The notes: a model not told the origin generated them from the sequence alone. 64,000 nucleotides of DNA from Auanema rhodensis (GCA_964057225.1 OZ059896.1:21514001-21578000); one strand, 5' to 3'. Positions 25,975-41,769 are shown, counted from the first letter of the stretch. A program made the numbers and translations.

Positions 25975-28900
25975 ACAGATCGACGCAGCTTAAAAATCCG
26001 CATCGAATGCACTATACTACATTGAGAAACGCTTAATACAAAAATTAGTTATGATCGTTTGAAAATTGATGCATTAGTGTATGTTGAGTTTCCATGTACA
26101 CTCTACATTGCTTCCAAAAACATTTTGACAAAAATTTTTTCGAAAAATTTCAAAATAATTTAGCAAAAAGTAGATGTTTTAAGATTCCTTTTTTCAAGGC
26201 AAAGACGATGGACAATGTTATTCAACGAAAAAATTAATTCTTCAGGGTGAAAATCGAGGATATAAGTGTGAACTTATATCAGTTGATATCTCGGTGCATT
26301 TTTAAGCTAGCGCAAATCTGATAACACAGATCGACGCAGCTTAAAAATCCGCATCGAATGCACTATACTACATTGAGAAACGCTGAATACAAAAATTAGT
26401 TATGATCGTTTGAAAAATGATGCATTAGTGTATGTTGAGTTTCCATGTACACTCAACATTGCTTCCAAAAACATTTTGACAAAAACTTTTTCGAAAAATT
26501 TCAAAATAATTTAGCAAAAAGTAGATGTTTTAAGATTCCTTTTTTTAAGGCAAAGACGATGGACAATGTTATTCAACGAAAAAATTAATTCTTCAGGGTG
26601 AAAATCGAGGATATAAGTGTGAACTTATATCAGATGATATCTCGATGCATTTTTAAGCTAGCGCAAATCTGATAACACAGATCGACGCAGCTTAAAAATC
26701 CGCATCGAATGCACTATACCACATTGAGAAACGCTTAATACAAAAATTAGTTATGATCGTTTGAAAATTGATGCATTAGTGTATGTTGAGTTTCCATGTA
26801 CACTCAACATTGCTTCCAAAAACATTTTGACAAAAACTTTTTCGAAAAATTTCAAAATAATTTAGCAAAAAGTAGATGTTTTTAGATTCCTTTTTTTAAG
26901 GCAAAGACGATGGACAATGTTATTCAACGAAAAAATTAATTCTTCAGGGTGAAAATCGAGGATATAAGTGTGAACTTATATCAGTTGATATCTCGATGCA
27001 TTTTTAAGCTAGCGCAAATATGATAACACAGATCGACGCAGCTTAAAAATCCGCATCGAATGCACTATACCACATTGAGAAACGCTTAATACAAAAATTA
27101 GTTATGATCGTTTGAAAAATGATGCATTAGTGTATGTTGAGTTTCCATGTACACTCAACATTGCTTCCAAAAACATTTTGACAAAAACTTTTTCGAAAAA
27201 TTTCAAAATAATTTAGCAAAAAGTAGATGTTTTTAGATTCCTTTTTTTAAGGCAAAGACGATGGACAATGTTATTCAACGAAAAAATTAATTCTTCAGGG
27301 TGAAAATCGAGGATATAAGTGTGAACTTATATCAGTTGATATCTCGGTGCATTTTTAAGCTAGCGCAAATCTCATAACACAGATCGACGCAGCTTGAAAA
27401 TCCGCATCGAATGCACTATACTACATTGAGAAACGCTTAATACAAAAATTAGTTATGATCGTTTGAAAATTGATGCATTAGTGTATGTTGAGTTTCCATG
27501 TACACTCTACATTGCTTCCAAAAACATTTTGACAAAAATTTTTTCGAAAAATTTCAAAATAATTTAGCAAAAAGTAGATGTTTTTAGATTCCTTTTTTCA
27601 AGGCAAAGACGATGGACAATGTTATTCAACGAAAAAATTAATTCTTCAGGGTGAAAATCGAGGATATAAGTGTGAACTTATATCAGTTGATATCTCGATG
27701 CATTTTTAAGCTAGCGCAAATCTGATAACACAGATCGACGCAGCTTAAAAATCCGCATCGAATGCACTATACCACATTGAGAAACGCTTAATACAAAAAT
27801 TAGTTATGATCGTTTGAAAATTGATGCATTAGTGTATGTTGAGTTTCCATGTACACTCAACATTGCTTCCAAAAACATTTTGACAAAAATTTTTTCGAAA
27901 AATTTCAAAACAATTTAGCAAAAAGTAGATGTTTATAGATTCCTTTTTTGAAGGCAAAGACGATGGACAATGTTATTCAACGAAAAAATTAATTCTTCAG
28001 GGTGAAAATCGAGGATATAAGTGTGCACTTATATCAGTTGATATCTTGGTGCATTTTTAAGCTAGCGCAAATCTGATAACACAGATCGACGCAGCTTAAA
28101 AATCCGCATCGAATGCACTATACTACATTGAGAAACGCTTAATACAAAAGTTAGTTATGATCGTTTGAAAAATGATGCCTTAGTGTATGTTGAGTTTCCA
28201 TGTACACTCAATATTGCTTCCAAAAACATTTTGACAAAAATTTTTTCGATAAATTTCAAAATAGTTTAGCAAAGAGTAGATGTTTTTAGATTCCTTTTTT
28301 TAAGGCAAAGACGATGGACAATGTTATTCAACGAAAAAATTAATTCTTCAGGGTGAAAATCGAGGATATAAGTGTGAACTTATATCAGTTGATATCTCGG
28401 TGCATTTTTAAGCTAGCGCAAATCTGATAACACAGATCGACGCAGCTTAAAAATCCGCATCGAATGCACTATACTACATTGAGAAACGCTTAATACAAAA
28501 ATTAGTTATGATCGTTTGAAAAATGATGCATTAGTGTATGTTGAGTTTCCATGTACACTCAACATTGCTTCCAAAAACATTTTGACAAAAATTTTTTCGA
28601 AAAATTTCAAAATAATTTAGCAAAAAGTAGATGTTTTTAGATTTCTTTTTTCAAGGCAAAGACGATGGACAATGTTATTCAACGAAAAAATTAATTCTTC
28701 AGGGTGAAAATCGAGGATATAAGTGTGAACTTATATCAGTTGATATCTCGATGCATTTTTAAGCTAGCGCAAATCTGATAACACAGATCGACGCAGCTTA
28801 AAAATCCGCATCGAATGCACTATACCACATTGAGAAACGCTTAATACAAAAATTAGTTATGATCGTTTGAAAATTGATGCATTAGTGTATGTTGAGTTTC

Positions 28901-31900
28901 CATGTACACTCTACATTGCTTCCAAAAACATTTTGACAAAAATTTTTTCGATAAATTTCAAAATAATTTAGCAAAGAGTAGATGTTTTTAGATTCCTTTT
29001 TTTAAGGCAAAGACGATGGACAATGTTATTCAACGAAAAAATTAATTCTTCAGGGTGAAAATCGAGGATATAAGTGTGAACTTATATCAGTTGATATCTC
29101 GGTGCATTTTTAAGCTAGCGCAAATCTGATAACACAGATCGACGCAGCTTAAAAATCCGCATCGAATGCACTATACTACATTGAGAAACGCTTAATACAA
29201 AAATTAGTTATGATCGTTTGAAAAATGATGCATTAGTGTATGTTGAGTTTCCATGTACACTCAACATTGCATCCAAAAACATTTTGACAAAAATTTTTTC
29301 GAAAAATTTCAAAATAATTTAGAAAAAAGTAGATGTTTTTAGATTCCTTTTTTCAAGGCAAAGACGATGGACAATGTTATTCAACGAAAAAATTAATTCT
29401 TCAGGGTGAAAATCGAGGATATAAGTGTGAACTTATATCAGTTGATATCTCGGTGCATTTTTAAGCTAGCGCAAATCTGATAACACAGATCGACGCAGCT
29501 TAAAAATCCGCATCGAATGCACTATACCACATTGAGAAACGCTTGATACAAAAATTAGTTATGATCGTTTGAAAATTGATGCATTAGTGTATGTTGAGTT
29601 TCCATGTACACTCTACATTGCTTCCAAAAACATTTTGACAAAAATTTTTTCGAAAAATTTCAAAATAATTTAGCAAAAAGTAGATGTTTTTAGATTCCTT
29701 TTTTCAAGGCAAAGACGATGGACAATGTTATTCAACGAAAAAATTAATTCTTCAGGGTGAAAATCGAGGATATAAGTGTGAACTTATATCAGTTGATATC
29801 TCGATGCATTTTTAAGCTAGCGCAAATCTGATAACACAGATCGACGCAGCTTAAAAATCCGCATCGAATGCACTATACCACATTGAGAAACGCTTAATAC
29901 AAAAATTAGTTATGATCGTTTGAAAATTGATGCATTAGTGTATGTTGAGTTTCCATGTACACTCAACATTGCTTCCAAAAACATTTTGACAACAATTTTT
30001 TCGAAAAATTTCAAAATAATTTAGCAAAAAGTAGAAGTTTTTAGATTCCTTTTTTCAAGGCAAAGACGATGGACAATGTTATTCAACGAAAAAATTAATT
30101 CTTCAGGGTGAAAATCGAGGATATAAGTGTGAACTTATATCAGTTGATATCTCGGTGCATTTTTAAGCTAGCGCAAATCTGATAACACAGATCGACGCAG
30201 CTTAAAAATCCGCATCGAATGCACTATACCACATTGAGAAACGCTTAATACAAAAATTAGTTATGATCGTTTGAAAATTGATGCATTAGTGTATGTTGAG
30301 TTTCCATGTACACTCTACATTGCTTCCAAAAACATTTTGACAAAAATTTTTTCGAAAAATTTCAAAATAATTTAGCAAAAAGTAGATGTTTTTAGATTCC
30401 TTTTTTCAAGGCAAAGACGATGGACAATGTTATTCAACGAAAAAATTAATTCTTCAGGGTGAAAATCGAGGATATAAGTGTGAACTTATATCAGTTGATA
30501 TCTCGATGCATTTTTAAGCTAGCGCAAATATGATAACACAGATCGACGCAGCTTAAAAATCCGCATCGAATGCACTATACCACATTGAGAAACGCTTAAT
30601 ACAAAAATTAGTTATGATCGTTTGAAAATTGATGCATTAGTGTATGTTGAGTTTCCATGTACACTCTACATTGCTTCCAAAAACATTTTGACAAAAATTT
30701 TTTCGAAAAATTTCAAAATAATTTAGCAAAAAGTAGAAGTTTTTAGATTCCTTTTTTCAAGGCAAAGACGATGGACAATGTTATTCAACGAAAAAATTAA
30801 TTCTTCAGGGTGAAAATCGAGGATATAAGTGTGAACTTATATCAGTTGATATCTCGGTGCATTTTTAAGCTAGCGCAAATCTGATAACACAGATCGACGC
30901 AGCTTAAAAATCCGCATCGAATGCACTATACCACATTGAGAAACGCTTAATACAAAAATTAGTTATGATCGTTTGAAAATTGATGCATTAGTGTATGTTG
31001 AGTTTCCATGTACACTCTACATTGCTTCCAAAAACATTTTGACAAAAATTTTTTCGAAAAATTTCAAAATAATTTAGCAAAAAGTAGAAGTTTTTAGATT
31101 CCTTTTTTCAAGGCAAAGACGATGGACAATGTTATTCAACGAAAAAATTAATTCTTCAGGGTGAAAATCGAGGATATAAGTGTGAACTTATATCAGTTGA
31201 TATCTCGGTGCATTTTTAAGCTAGCGCAAATCTGATAACACAGATCGACGCAGCTTAAAAATCCGCATCGAATGCACTATACCACATTGAGAAACGCTTA
31301 ATACAAAAATTAGTTATGATCGTTTGAAAATTGATGCATTAGTGTATGTTGAGTTTCCATGTACACTCTACATTGCTTCCAAAAACATTTTGACAAAAAT
31401 TTTTTCGAAAAATTTCAAAATAATTTAGCAAAAAGTAGATGTTTTTAGATTCCTTTTTTCAAGGCAAAGACGATGGACAATGTTATTCAACGAAAAAATT
31501 AATTCTTCAGGGTGAAAATCGAGGATATAAGTGTGAACTTATATCAGTTGATATCTCGATGCATTTTTAAGCTAGCGCAAATATGATAACACAGATCGAC
31601 GCAGCTTAAAAATCCGCATCGAATGCACTATACCACATTGAGAAACGCTTAATACAAAAATTAGTTATGATCGTTTGAAAATTGATGCATTAGTGTATGT
31701 TGAGTTTCCATGTACACTCTACATTGCTTCCAAAAACATTTTGACAAAAATTTTTTCGAAAAATTTCAAAATAATTTAGCAAAAAGTAGAAGTTTTTAGA
31801 TTCCTTTTTTCAAGGCAAAGACGATGGACAATGTTATTCAACGAAAAAATTAATTCTTCAGGGTGAAAATCGAGGATATAAGTGTGAACTTATATCAGTT

Positions 31901-34900
31901 GATATCTCGGTGCATTTTTAAGCTAGCGCAAATCTGATAACACAGATCGACGCAGCTTAAAAATCCGCATCGAATGCACTATACTACATTGAGAAACGCT
32001 TAATACAAAAATTAGTTATGATCGTTTGAAAATTGATGCATTAGTGTATGTTGAGTTTCCATGTACACTCTACATTGCTTCCAAAAACATTTTGACAAAA
32101 ATTTTTTCGAAAAATTTCAAAATAATTTAGCAAAAAGTAGATGTTTTTAGATTCCTTTTTTCAAGGCAAAGACGATGGACAATGTTATTCAACGAAAAAA
32201 TTAATTCTTCAGGGTGAAAATCGAGGATATAAGTGTGAACTTATATCAGTTGATATCTCGATGCATTTTTAAGCTAGCGCAAATCTGATAACACAGATCG
32301 ACGCAGCTTAAAAATCCGCATCGAATGCACTATACCACATTGAGAAACGCTTAATACAAAAATTAGTTATGATCGTTTGAAAATTGATGCATTAGTGTAT
32401 GTTGAGTTTCCATGTACACTCAACATTGCTTCCAAAAACATTTTGACAACAATTTTTTCGAAAAATTTCAAAATAATTTAGCAAAAAGTAGAAGTTTTTA
32501 GATTCCTTTTTTCAAGGCAAAGACGATGGACAATGTTATTCAACGAAAAAATTAATTCTTCAGGGTGAAAATCGAGGATATAAGTGTGAACTTATATCAG
32601 TTGATATCTCGGTGCATTTTTAAGCTAGCGCAAATCTGATAACACAGATCGACGCAGCTTAAAAATCCGCATCGAATGCACTATACCACATTGAGAAACG
32701 CTTAATACAAAAATTAGTTATGATCGTTTGAAAATTGATGCATTAGTGTATGTTGAGTTTCCATGTACACTCTACATTGCTTCCAAAAACATTTTGACAA
32801 AAATTTTTTCGAAAAATTTCAAAATAATTTAGCAAAAAGTAGATGTTTTTAGATTCCTTTTTTCAAGGCAAAGACGATGGACAATGTTATTCAACGAAAA
32901 AATTAATTCTTCAGGGTGAAAATCGAGGATATAAGTGTGAACTTATATCAGTTGATATCTCGGTGCATTTTTAAGCTAGCGCAAATCTGATAACACAGAT
33001 CGACGCAGCTTAAAAATCCGCATCGAATGCACTATACTACATTGAGAAACGCTTAATACAAAAATTAGTTATGATTGTTTGAAAATTGATGCATTAGTGT
33101 ATGTTGAGTTTCCATGTACACTCTACATTGCTTCCAAAAACATTTTGACAAAAATTTTTTCGATAAATTTCAAAATAATTTAGCAAAGAGTAGATGTTTT
33201 TAGATTCCTTTTTTTAAGGCAAAGACGATGGACAATGTTATTCAACGAAAAAATTAATTCTTCAGGGTGAAAATCGAGGATATAAGTGTGAACTTATATC
33301 AGTTGATATCTCGGTGCATTTTTAAGCTAGCGCAAATCTGATAACACAGATCGACGCAGCTTAAAAATCCGCATCGAATGCACTATACCACATTGAGAAA
33401 CGCTTAATACAAAAATTAGTTATGATCGTTTGAAAATTGATGCATTAGTGTATGTTGAGTTTCCATGTACACTCTACATTGCTTCCAAAAACATTTTGAC
33501 AAAAATTTTTTCGAAAAATTTCAAAATAATTTAGCAAAAAGTAGAAGTTTTTAGATTCCTTTTTTCAAGGCAAAGACGATGGACAATGTTATTCAACGAA
33601 AAAATTAATTCTTCAGGGTGAAAATCGAGGATATAAGTGTGAACTTATATCAGTTGATATCTCGGTGCATTTTTAAGCTAGCGCAAATCTGATAACACAG
33701 ATCGACGCAGCTTAAAAATCCGCATCGAATGCACTATACCACATTGAGAAACGCTTAATACAAAAATTAGTTATGATCGTTTGAAAATTGATGCATTAGT
33801 GTATGTTGAGTTTCCATGTACACTCTACATTGCTTCCAAAAACATTTTGACAAAAATTTTTTCGAAAAATTTCAAAATAATTTAGCAAAAAGTAGATGTT
33901 TTTAGATTCCTTTTTTCAAGGCAAAGACGATGGACAATGTTATTCAACGAAAAAATTAATTCTTCAGGGTGAAAATCGAGGATATAAGTGTGAACTTATA
34001 TCAGTTGATATCTCGATGCATTTTTAAGCTAGCGCAAATATGATAACACAGATCGACGCAGCTTAAAAATCCGCATCGAATGCACTATACCACATTGAGA
34101 AACGCTTAATACAAAAATTAGTTATGATCGTTTGAAAATTGATGCATTAGTGTATGTTGAGTTTCCATGTACACTCTACATTGCTTCCAAAAACATTTTG
34201 ACAAAAATTTTTTCGAAAAATTTCAAAATAATTTAGCAAAAAGTAGAAGTTTTTAGATTCCTTTTTTCAAGGCAAAGACGATGGACAATGTTATTCAACG
34301 AAAAAATTAATTCTTCAGGGTGAAAATCGAGGATATAAGTGTGAACTTATATCAGTTGATATCTCGGTGCATTTTTAAGCTAGCGCAAATCTGATAACAC
34401 AGATCGACGCAGCTTAAAAATCCGCATCGAATGCACTATACTACATTGAGAAACGCTTAATACAAAAATTAGTTATGATCGTTTGAAAATTGATGCATTA
34501 GTGTATGTTGAGTTTCCATGTACACTCTACATTGCTTCCAAAAACATTTTGACAAAAATTTTTTCGAAAAATTTCAAAATAATTTAGCAAAAAGTAGATG
34601 TTTTTAGATTCCTTTTTTCAAGGCAAAGACGATGGACAATGTTATTCAACGAAAAAATTAATTCTTCAGGGTGAAAATCGAGGATATAAGTGTGAACTTA
34701 TATCAGTTGATATCTCGATGCATTTTTAAGCTAGCGCAAATCTGATAACACAGATCGACGCAGCTTAAAAATCCGCATCGAATGCACTATACCACATTGA
34801 GAAACGCTTAATACAAAAATTAGTTATGATCGTTTGAAAATTGATGCATTAGTGTATGTTGAGTTTCCATGTACACTCAACATTGCTTCCAAAAACATTT

Positions 34901-37900
34901 TGACAACAATTTTTTCGAAAAATTTCAAAATAATTTAGCAAAAAGTAGAAGTTTTTAGATTCCTTTTTTCAAGGCAAAGACGATGGACAATGTTATTCAA
35001 CGAAAAAATTAATTCTTCAGGGTGAAAATCGAGGATATAAGTGTGAACTTATATCAGTTGATATCTCGGTGCATTTTTAAGCTAGCGCAAATCTGATAAC
35101 ACAGATCGACGCAGCTTAAAAATCCGCATCGAATGCACTATACCACATTGAGAAACGCTTAATACAAAAATTAGTTATGATCGTTTGAAAATTGATGCAT
35201 TAGTGTATGTTGAGTTTCCATGTACACTCTACATTGCTTCCAAAAACATTTTGACAAAAATTTTTTCGAAAAATTTCAAAATAATTTAGCAAAAAGTAGA
35301 TGTTTTTAGATTCCTTTTTTCAAGGCAAAGACGATGGACAATGTTATTCAACGAAAAAATTAATTCTTCAGGGTGAAAATCGAGGATATAAGTGTGAACT
35401 TATATCAGTTGATATCTCGGTGCATTTTTAAGCTAGCGCAAATCTGATAACACAGATCGACGCAGCTTAAAAATCCGCATCGAATGCACTATACTACATT
35501 GAGAAACGCTTAATACAAAAATTAGTTATGATTGTTTGAAAATTGATGCATTAGTGTATGTTGAGTTTCCATGTACACTCTACATTGCTTCCAAAAACAT
35601 TTTGACAAAAATTTTTTCGATAAATTTCAAAATAATTTAGCAAAGAGTAGATGTTTTTAGATTCCTTTTTTTAAGGCAAAGACGATGGACAATGTTATTC
35701 AACGAAAAAATTAATTCTTCAGGGTGAAAATCGAGGATATAAGTGTGAACTTATATCAGTTGATATCTCGGTGCATTTTTAAGCTAGCGCAAATCTGATA
35801 ACACAGATCGACGCAGCTTAAAAATCCGCATCGAATGCACTATACTACATTGAGAAACGCTTAATACAAAAATTAGTTATGATCGTTTGAAAAATGATGC
35901 ATTAGTGTATGTTGAGTTTCCATGTACACTCAACATTGCATCCAAAAACATTTTGACAAAAATTTTTTCGAAAAATTTCAAAATAATTTAGCAAAAAGTA
36001 GATGTTTTTAGATTCCTTTTTTCAAGGCAAAGACGATGGACAATGTTATTCAACGAAAAAATTAATTCTTCAGGGTGAAAATCGAGGATATAAGTGTGAA
36101 CTTATATCAGTTGATATCTCGGTGCATTTTTAAGCTAGCGCAAATCTGATAACACAGATCGACGCAGCTTAAAAATCCGCATCGAATGCACTATACTACA
36201 TTGAGAAACGCTTAATACAAAAATTAGTTATGATCGTTTGAAAAATGATGCATTAGTGTATGTTGAGTTTCCATGTACACTCAACATTGCATCCAAAAAC
36301 ATTTTGACAAAAATTTTTTCGAAAAATTTCAAAATAATTTAGCAAAAAGTAGATGTTTTTAGATTCCTTTTTTCAAGGCAAAGACGATGGACAATGTTAT
36401 TCAACGAAAAAATTAATTCTTCAGGGTGAAAATCGAGGATATAAGTGTGAACTTATATCAGTTGATATCTCGGTGCATTTTTAAGCTAGCGCAAATCTGA
36501 TAACACAGATCGACGCAGCTTAAAAATCCGCATCGAATGCACTATACCACATTGAGAAACGCTTGATACAAAAATTAGTTATGATCGTTTGAAAATTGAT
36601 GCATTAGTGTATGTTGAGTTTCCATGTACACTCTACATTGCTTCCAAAAACATTTTGACAAAAATTTTTTCGAAAAATTTCAAAATAATTTAGCAAAAAG
36701 TAGATGTTTTTAGATTCCTTTTTTCAAGGCAAAGACGATGGACAATGTTATTCAACGAAAAAATTAATTCTTCAGGGTGAAAATCGAGGATATAAGTGTG
36801 AACTTATATCAGTTGATATCTCGATGCATTTTTAAGCTAGCGCAAATCTGATAACACAGATCGACGCAGCTTAAAAATCCGCATCGAATGCACTATACCA
36901 CATTGAGAAACGCTTAATACAAAAATTAGTTATGATCGTTTGAAAATTGATGCATTAGTGTATGTTGAGTTTCCATGTACACTCAACATTGCTTCCAAAA
37001 ACATTTTGACAACAATTTTTTCGAAAAATTTCAAAATAATTTAGCAAAAAGTAGAAGTTTTTAGATTCCTTTTTTCAAGGCAAAGACGATGGACAATGTT
37101 ATTCAACGAAAAAATTAATTCTTCAGGGTGAAAATCGAGGATATAAGTGTGAACTTATATCAGTTGATATCTCGGTGCATTTTTAAGCTAGCGCAAATCT
37201 GATAACACAGATCGACGCAGCTTAAAAATCCGCATCGAATGCACTATACCACATTGAGAAACGCTTAATACAAAAATTAGTTATGATCGTTTGAAAATTG
37301 ATGCATTAGTGTATGTTGAGTTTCCATGTACACTCTACATTGCTTCCAAAAACATTTTGACAAAAATTTTTTCGAAAAATTTCAAAATAATTTAGCAAAA
37401 AGTAGATGTTTTTAGATTCCTTTTTTCAAGGTAAAGACGATGGACAATGTTATTCAACGAAAAAATTAATTCTTCAGGGTGAAAATCGAGGATATAAGTG
37501 TGAACTTATATCAGTTGATATCTCGGTGCATTTTTAAGCTAGCGCAAATCTGATAACACAGATCGACGCAGCTTAAAAATCCGCATCGAATGCACTATAC
37601 TACATTGAGAAACGCTCAATACAAAAATTAGTTATGATTGTTTGAAAATTGATGCATTAGTGTATGTTGAGTTTCCATGTACACTCTACATTGCTTCCAA
37701 AAACATTTTGACAAAAATTTTTTCGATAAATTTCAAAATAATTTAGCAAAGAGTAGATGTTTTTAGATTCCTTTTTTTAAGGCAAAGACGATGGACAATG
37801 TTATTCAACGAAAAAATTAATTCTTCAGGGTGAAAATCGAGGATATAAGTGTGAACTTATATCAGTTGATATCTCGGTGCATTTTTAAGCTAGCGCAAAT

Positions 37901-39312
37901 CTGATAACACAGATCGACGCAGCTTAAAAATCCGCATCGAATGCACTATACTACATTGAGAAACGCTTAATACAAAAATTAGTTATGATCGTTTGAAAAA
38001 TGATGCATTAGTGTATGTTGAGTTTCCATGTACACTCAACATTGCATCCAAAAACATTTTGACAAAAATTTTTTCGAAAAATTTCAAAATAATTTAGCAA
38101 AAAGTAGATGTTTTTAGATTCCTTTTTTCAAGGCAAAGACGATGGACAATGTTATTCAACGAAAAAATTAATTCTTCAGGGTGAAAATCGAGGATATAAG
38201 TGTGAACTTATATCAGTTGATATCTCGGTGCATTTTTAAGCTAGCGCAAATCTGATAACACAGATCGACGCAGCTTAAAAATCCGCATCGAATGCACTAT
38301 ACTACATTGAGAAACGCTTAATACAAAAATTAGTTATGATCGTTTGAAAAATGATGCATTAGTGTATGTTGAGTTTCCATGTACACTCAACATTGCATCC
38401 AAAAACATTTTGACAAAAATTTTTTCGAAAAATTTCAAAATAATTTAGCAAAAAGTAGATGTTTTTAGATTCCTTTTTTCAAGGCAAAGACGATGGACAA
38501 TGTTATTCAACGAAAAAATTAATTCTTCAGGGTGAAAATCGAGGATATAAGTGTGAACTTATATCAGTTGATATCTCGGTGCATTTTTAAGCTAGCGCAA
38601 ATCTGATAACACAGATCGACGCAGCTTAAAAATCCGCATCGAATGCACTATACCACATTGAGAAACGCTTGATACAAAAATTAGTTATGATCGTTTGAAA
38701 ATTGATGCATTAGTGTATGTTGAGTTTCCATGTACACTCTACATTGCTTCCAAAAACATTTTGACAAAAATTTTTTCGAAAAATTTCAAAATAATTTAGC
38801 AAAAAGTAGATGTTTTTAGATTCCTTTTTTCAAGGCAAAGACGATGGACAATGTTATTCAACGAAAAAATTAATTCTTCAGGGTGAAAATCGAGGATATA
38901 AGTGTGAACTTATATCAGTTGATATCTCGATGCATTTTTAAGCTAGCGCAAATCTGATAACACAGATCGACGCAGCTTAAAAATCCGCATCGAATGCACT
39001 ATACCACATTGAGAAACGCTTAATACAAAAATTAGTTATGATCGTTTGAAAATTGATGCATTAGTGTATGTTGAGTTTCCATGTACACTCAACATTGCTT
39101 CCAAAAACATTTTGACAACAATTTTTTCGAAAAATTTCAAAATAATTTAGCAAAAAGTAGAAGTTTTTAGATTCCTTTTTTCAAGGCAAAGACGATGGAC
39201 AATGTTATTCAACGAAAAAATTAATTCTTCAGGGTGAAAATCGAGGATATAAGTGTGAACTTATATCAGTTGATATCTCGGTGCATTTTTAAGCTAGCGC
39301 AAATCTGATAAC

Positions 39313-41769
39313 ACAGATCGACGCAGCTTAAAAATCCGCATCGAATGCACTATACCACATTGAGAAACGCTTAATACAAAAATTAGTTATGATCGTTTGA
39401 AAATTGATGCATTAGTGTATGTTGAGTTTCCATGTACACTCTACATTGCTTCCAAAAACATTTTGACAAAAATTTTTTCGAAAAATTTCAAAATAATTTA
39501 GCAAAAAGTAGATGTTTTTAGATTCCTTTTTTCAAGGCAAAGACGATGGACAATGTTATTCAACGAAAAAATTAATTCTTCAGGGTGAAAATCGAGGATA
39601 TAAGTGTGAACTTATATCAGTTGATATCTCGATGCATTTTTAAGCTAGCGCAAATATGATAACACAGATCGACGCAGCTTAAAAATCCGCATCGAATGCA
39701 CTATACCACATTGAGAAACGCTTAATACAAAAATTAGTTATGATCGTTTGAAAATTGATGCATTAGTGTATGTTGAGTTTCCATGTACACTCTACATTGC
39801 TTCCAAAAACATTTTGACAAAAATTTTTTCGAAAAATTTCAAAATAATTTAGCAAAAAGTAGAAGTTTTTAGATTCCTTTTTTCAAGGCAAAGACGATGG
39901 ACAATGTTATTCAACGAAAAAATTAATTCTTCAGGGTGAAAATCGAGGATATAAGTGTGAACTTATATCAGTTGATATCTCGGTGCATTTTTAAGCTAGC
40001 GCAAATCTGATAACACAGATCGACGCAGCTTAAAAATCCGCATCGAATGCACTATACCACATTGAGAAACGCTTAATACAAAAATTAGTTATGATCGTTT
40101 GAAAATTGATGCATTAGTGTATGTTGAGTTTCCATGTACACTCTACATTGCTTCCAAAAACATTTTGACAAAAATTTTTTCGAAAAATTTCAAAATAATT
40201 TAGCAAAAAGTAGATGTTTTTAGATTCCTTTTTTCAAGGCAAAGACGATGGACAATGTTATTCAACGAAAAAATTAATTCTTCAGGGTGAAAATCGAGGA
40301 TATAAGTGTGAACTTATATCAGTTGATATCTCGATGCATTTTTAAGCTAGCGCAAATATGATAACACAGATCGACGCAGCTTAAAAATCCGCATCGAATG
40401 CACTATACCACATTGAGAAACGCTTAATACAAAAATTAGTTATGATCGTTTGAAAATTGATGCATTAGTGTATGTTGAGTTTCCATGTACACTCTACATT
40501 GCTTCCAAAAACATTTTGACAAAAATTTTTTCGAAAAATTTCAAAATAATTTAGCAAAAAGTAGAAGTTTTTAGATTCCTTTTTTCAAGGCAAAGACGAT
40601 GGACAATGTTATTCAACGAAAAAATTAATTCTTCAGGGTGAAAATCGAGGATATAAGTGTGAACTTATATCAGTTGATATCTCGGTGCATTTTTAAGCTA
40701 GCGCAAATCTGATAACACAGATCGACGCAGCTTAAAAATCCGCATCGAATGCACTATACCACATTGAGAAACGCTTAATACAAAAATTAGTTATGATCGT
40801 TTGAAAATTGATGCATTAGTGTATGTTGAGTTTCCATGTACACTCTACATTGCTTCCAAAAACATTTTGACAAAAATTTTTTCGAAAAATTTCAAAATAA
40901 TTTAGCAAAAAGTAGATGTTTTTAGATTCCTTTTTTCAAGGCAAAGACGATGGACAATGTTATTCAACGAAAAAATTAATTCTTCAGGGTGAAAATCGAG
41001 GATATAAGTGTGAACTTATATCAGTTGATATCTCGATGCATTTTTAAGCTAGCGCAAATATGATAACACAGATCGACGCAGCTTAAAAATCCGCATCGAA
41101 TGCACTATACCACATTGAGAAACGCTTAATACAAAAATTAGTTATGATCGTTTGAAAATTGATGCATTAGTGTATGTTGAGTTTCCATGTACACTCTACA
41201 TTGCTTCCAAAAACATTTTGACAAAAATTTTTTCGAAAAATTTCAAAATAATTTAGCAAAAAGTAGAAGTTTTTAGATTCCTTTTTTCAAGGCAAAGACG
41301 ATGGACAATGTTATTCAACGAAAAAATTAATTCTTCAGGGTGAAAATCGAGGATATAAGTGTGAACTTATATCAGTTGATATCTCGGTGCATTTTTAAGC
41401 TAGCGCAAATCTGATAACACAGATCGACGCAGCTTAAAAATCCGCATCGAATGCACTATACCACATTGAGAAACGCTTAATACAAAAATTAGTTATGATC
41501 GTTTGAAAATTGATGCATTAGTGTATGTTGAGTTTCCATGTACACTCTACATTGCTTCCAAAAACATTTTGACAAAAATTTTTTCGAAAAATTTCAAAAT
41601 AATTTAGCAAAAAGTAGATGTTTTTAGATTCCTTTTTTCAAGGCAAAGACGATGGACAATGTTATTCAACGAAAAAATTAATTCTTCAGGGTGAAAATCG
41701 AGGATATAAGTGTGAACTTATATCAGTTGATATCTCGATGCATTTTTAAGCTAGCGCAAATATGATAAC
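39313..41769. repeat. Dimeric HOR (702 bp) x3.5, m113-m119
   Basis: [130T,320A,344A] and [130T,201A] monomers alternate strictly. Confidence 0.85.
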
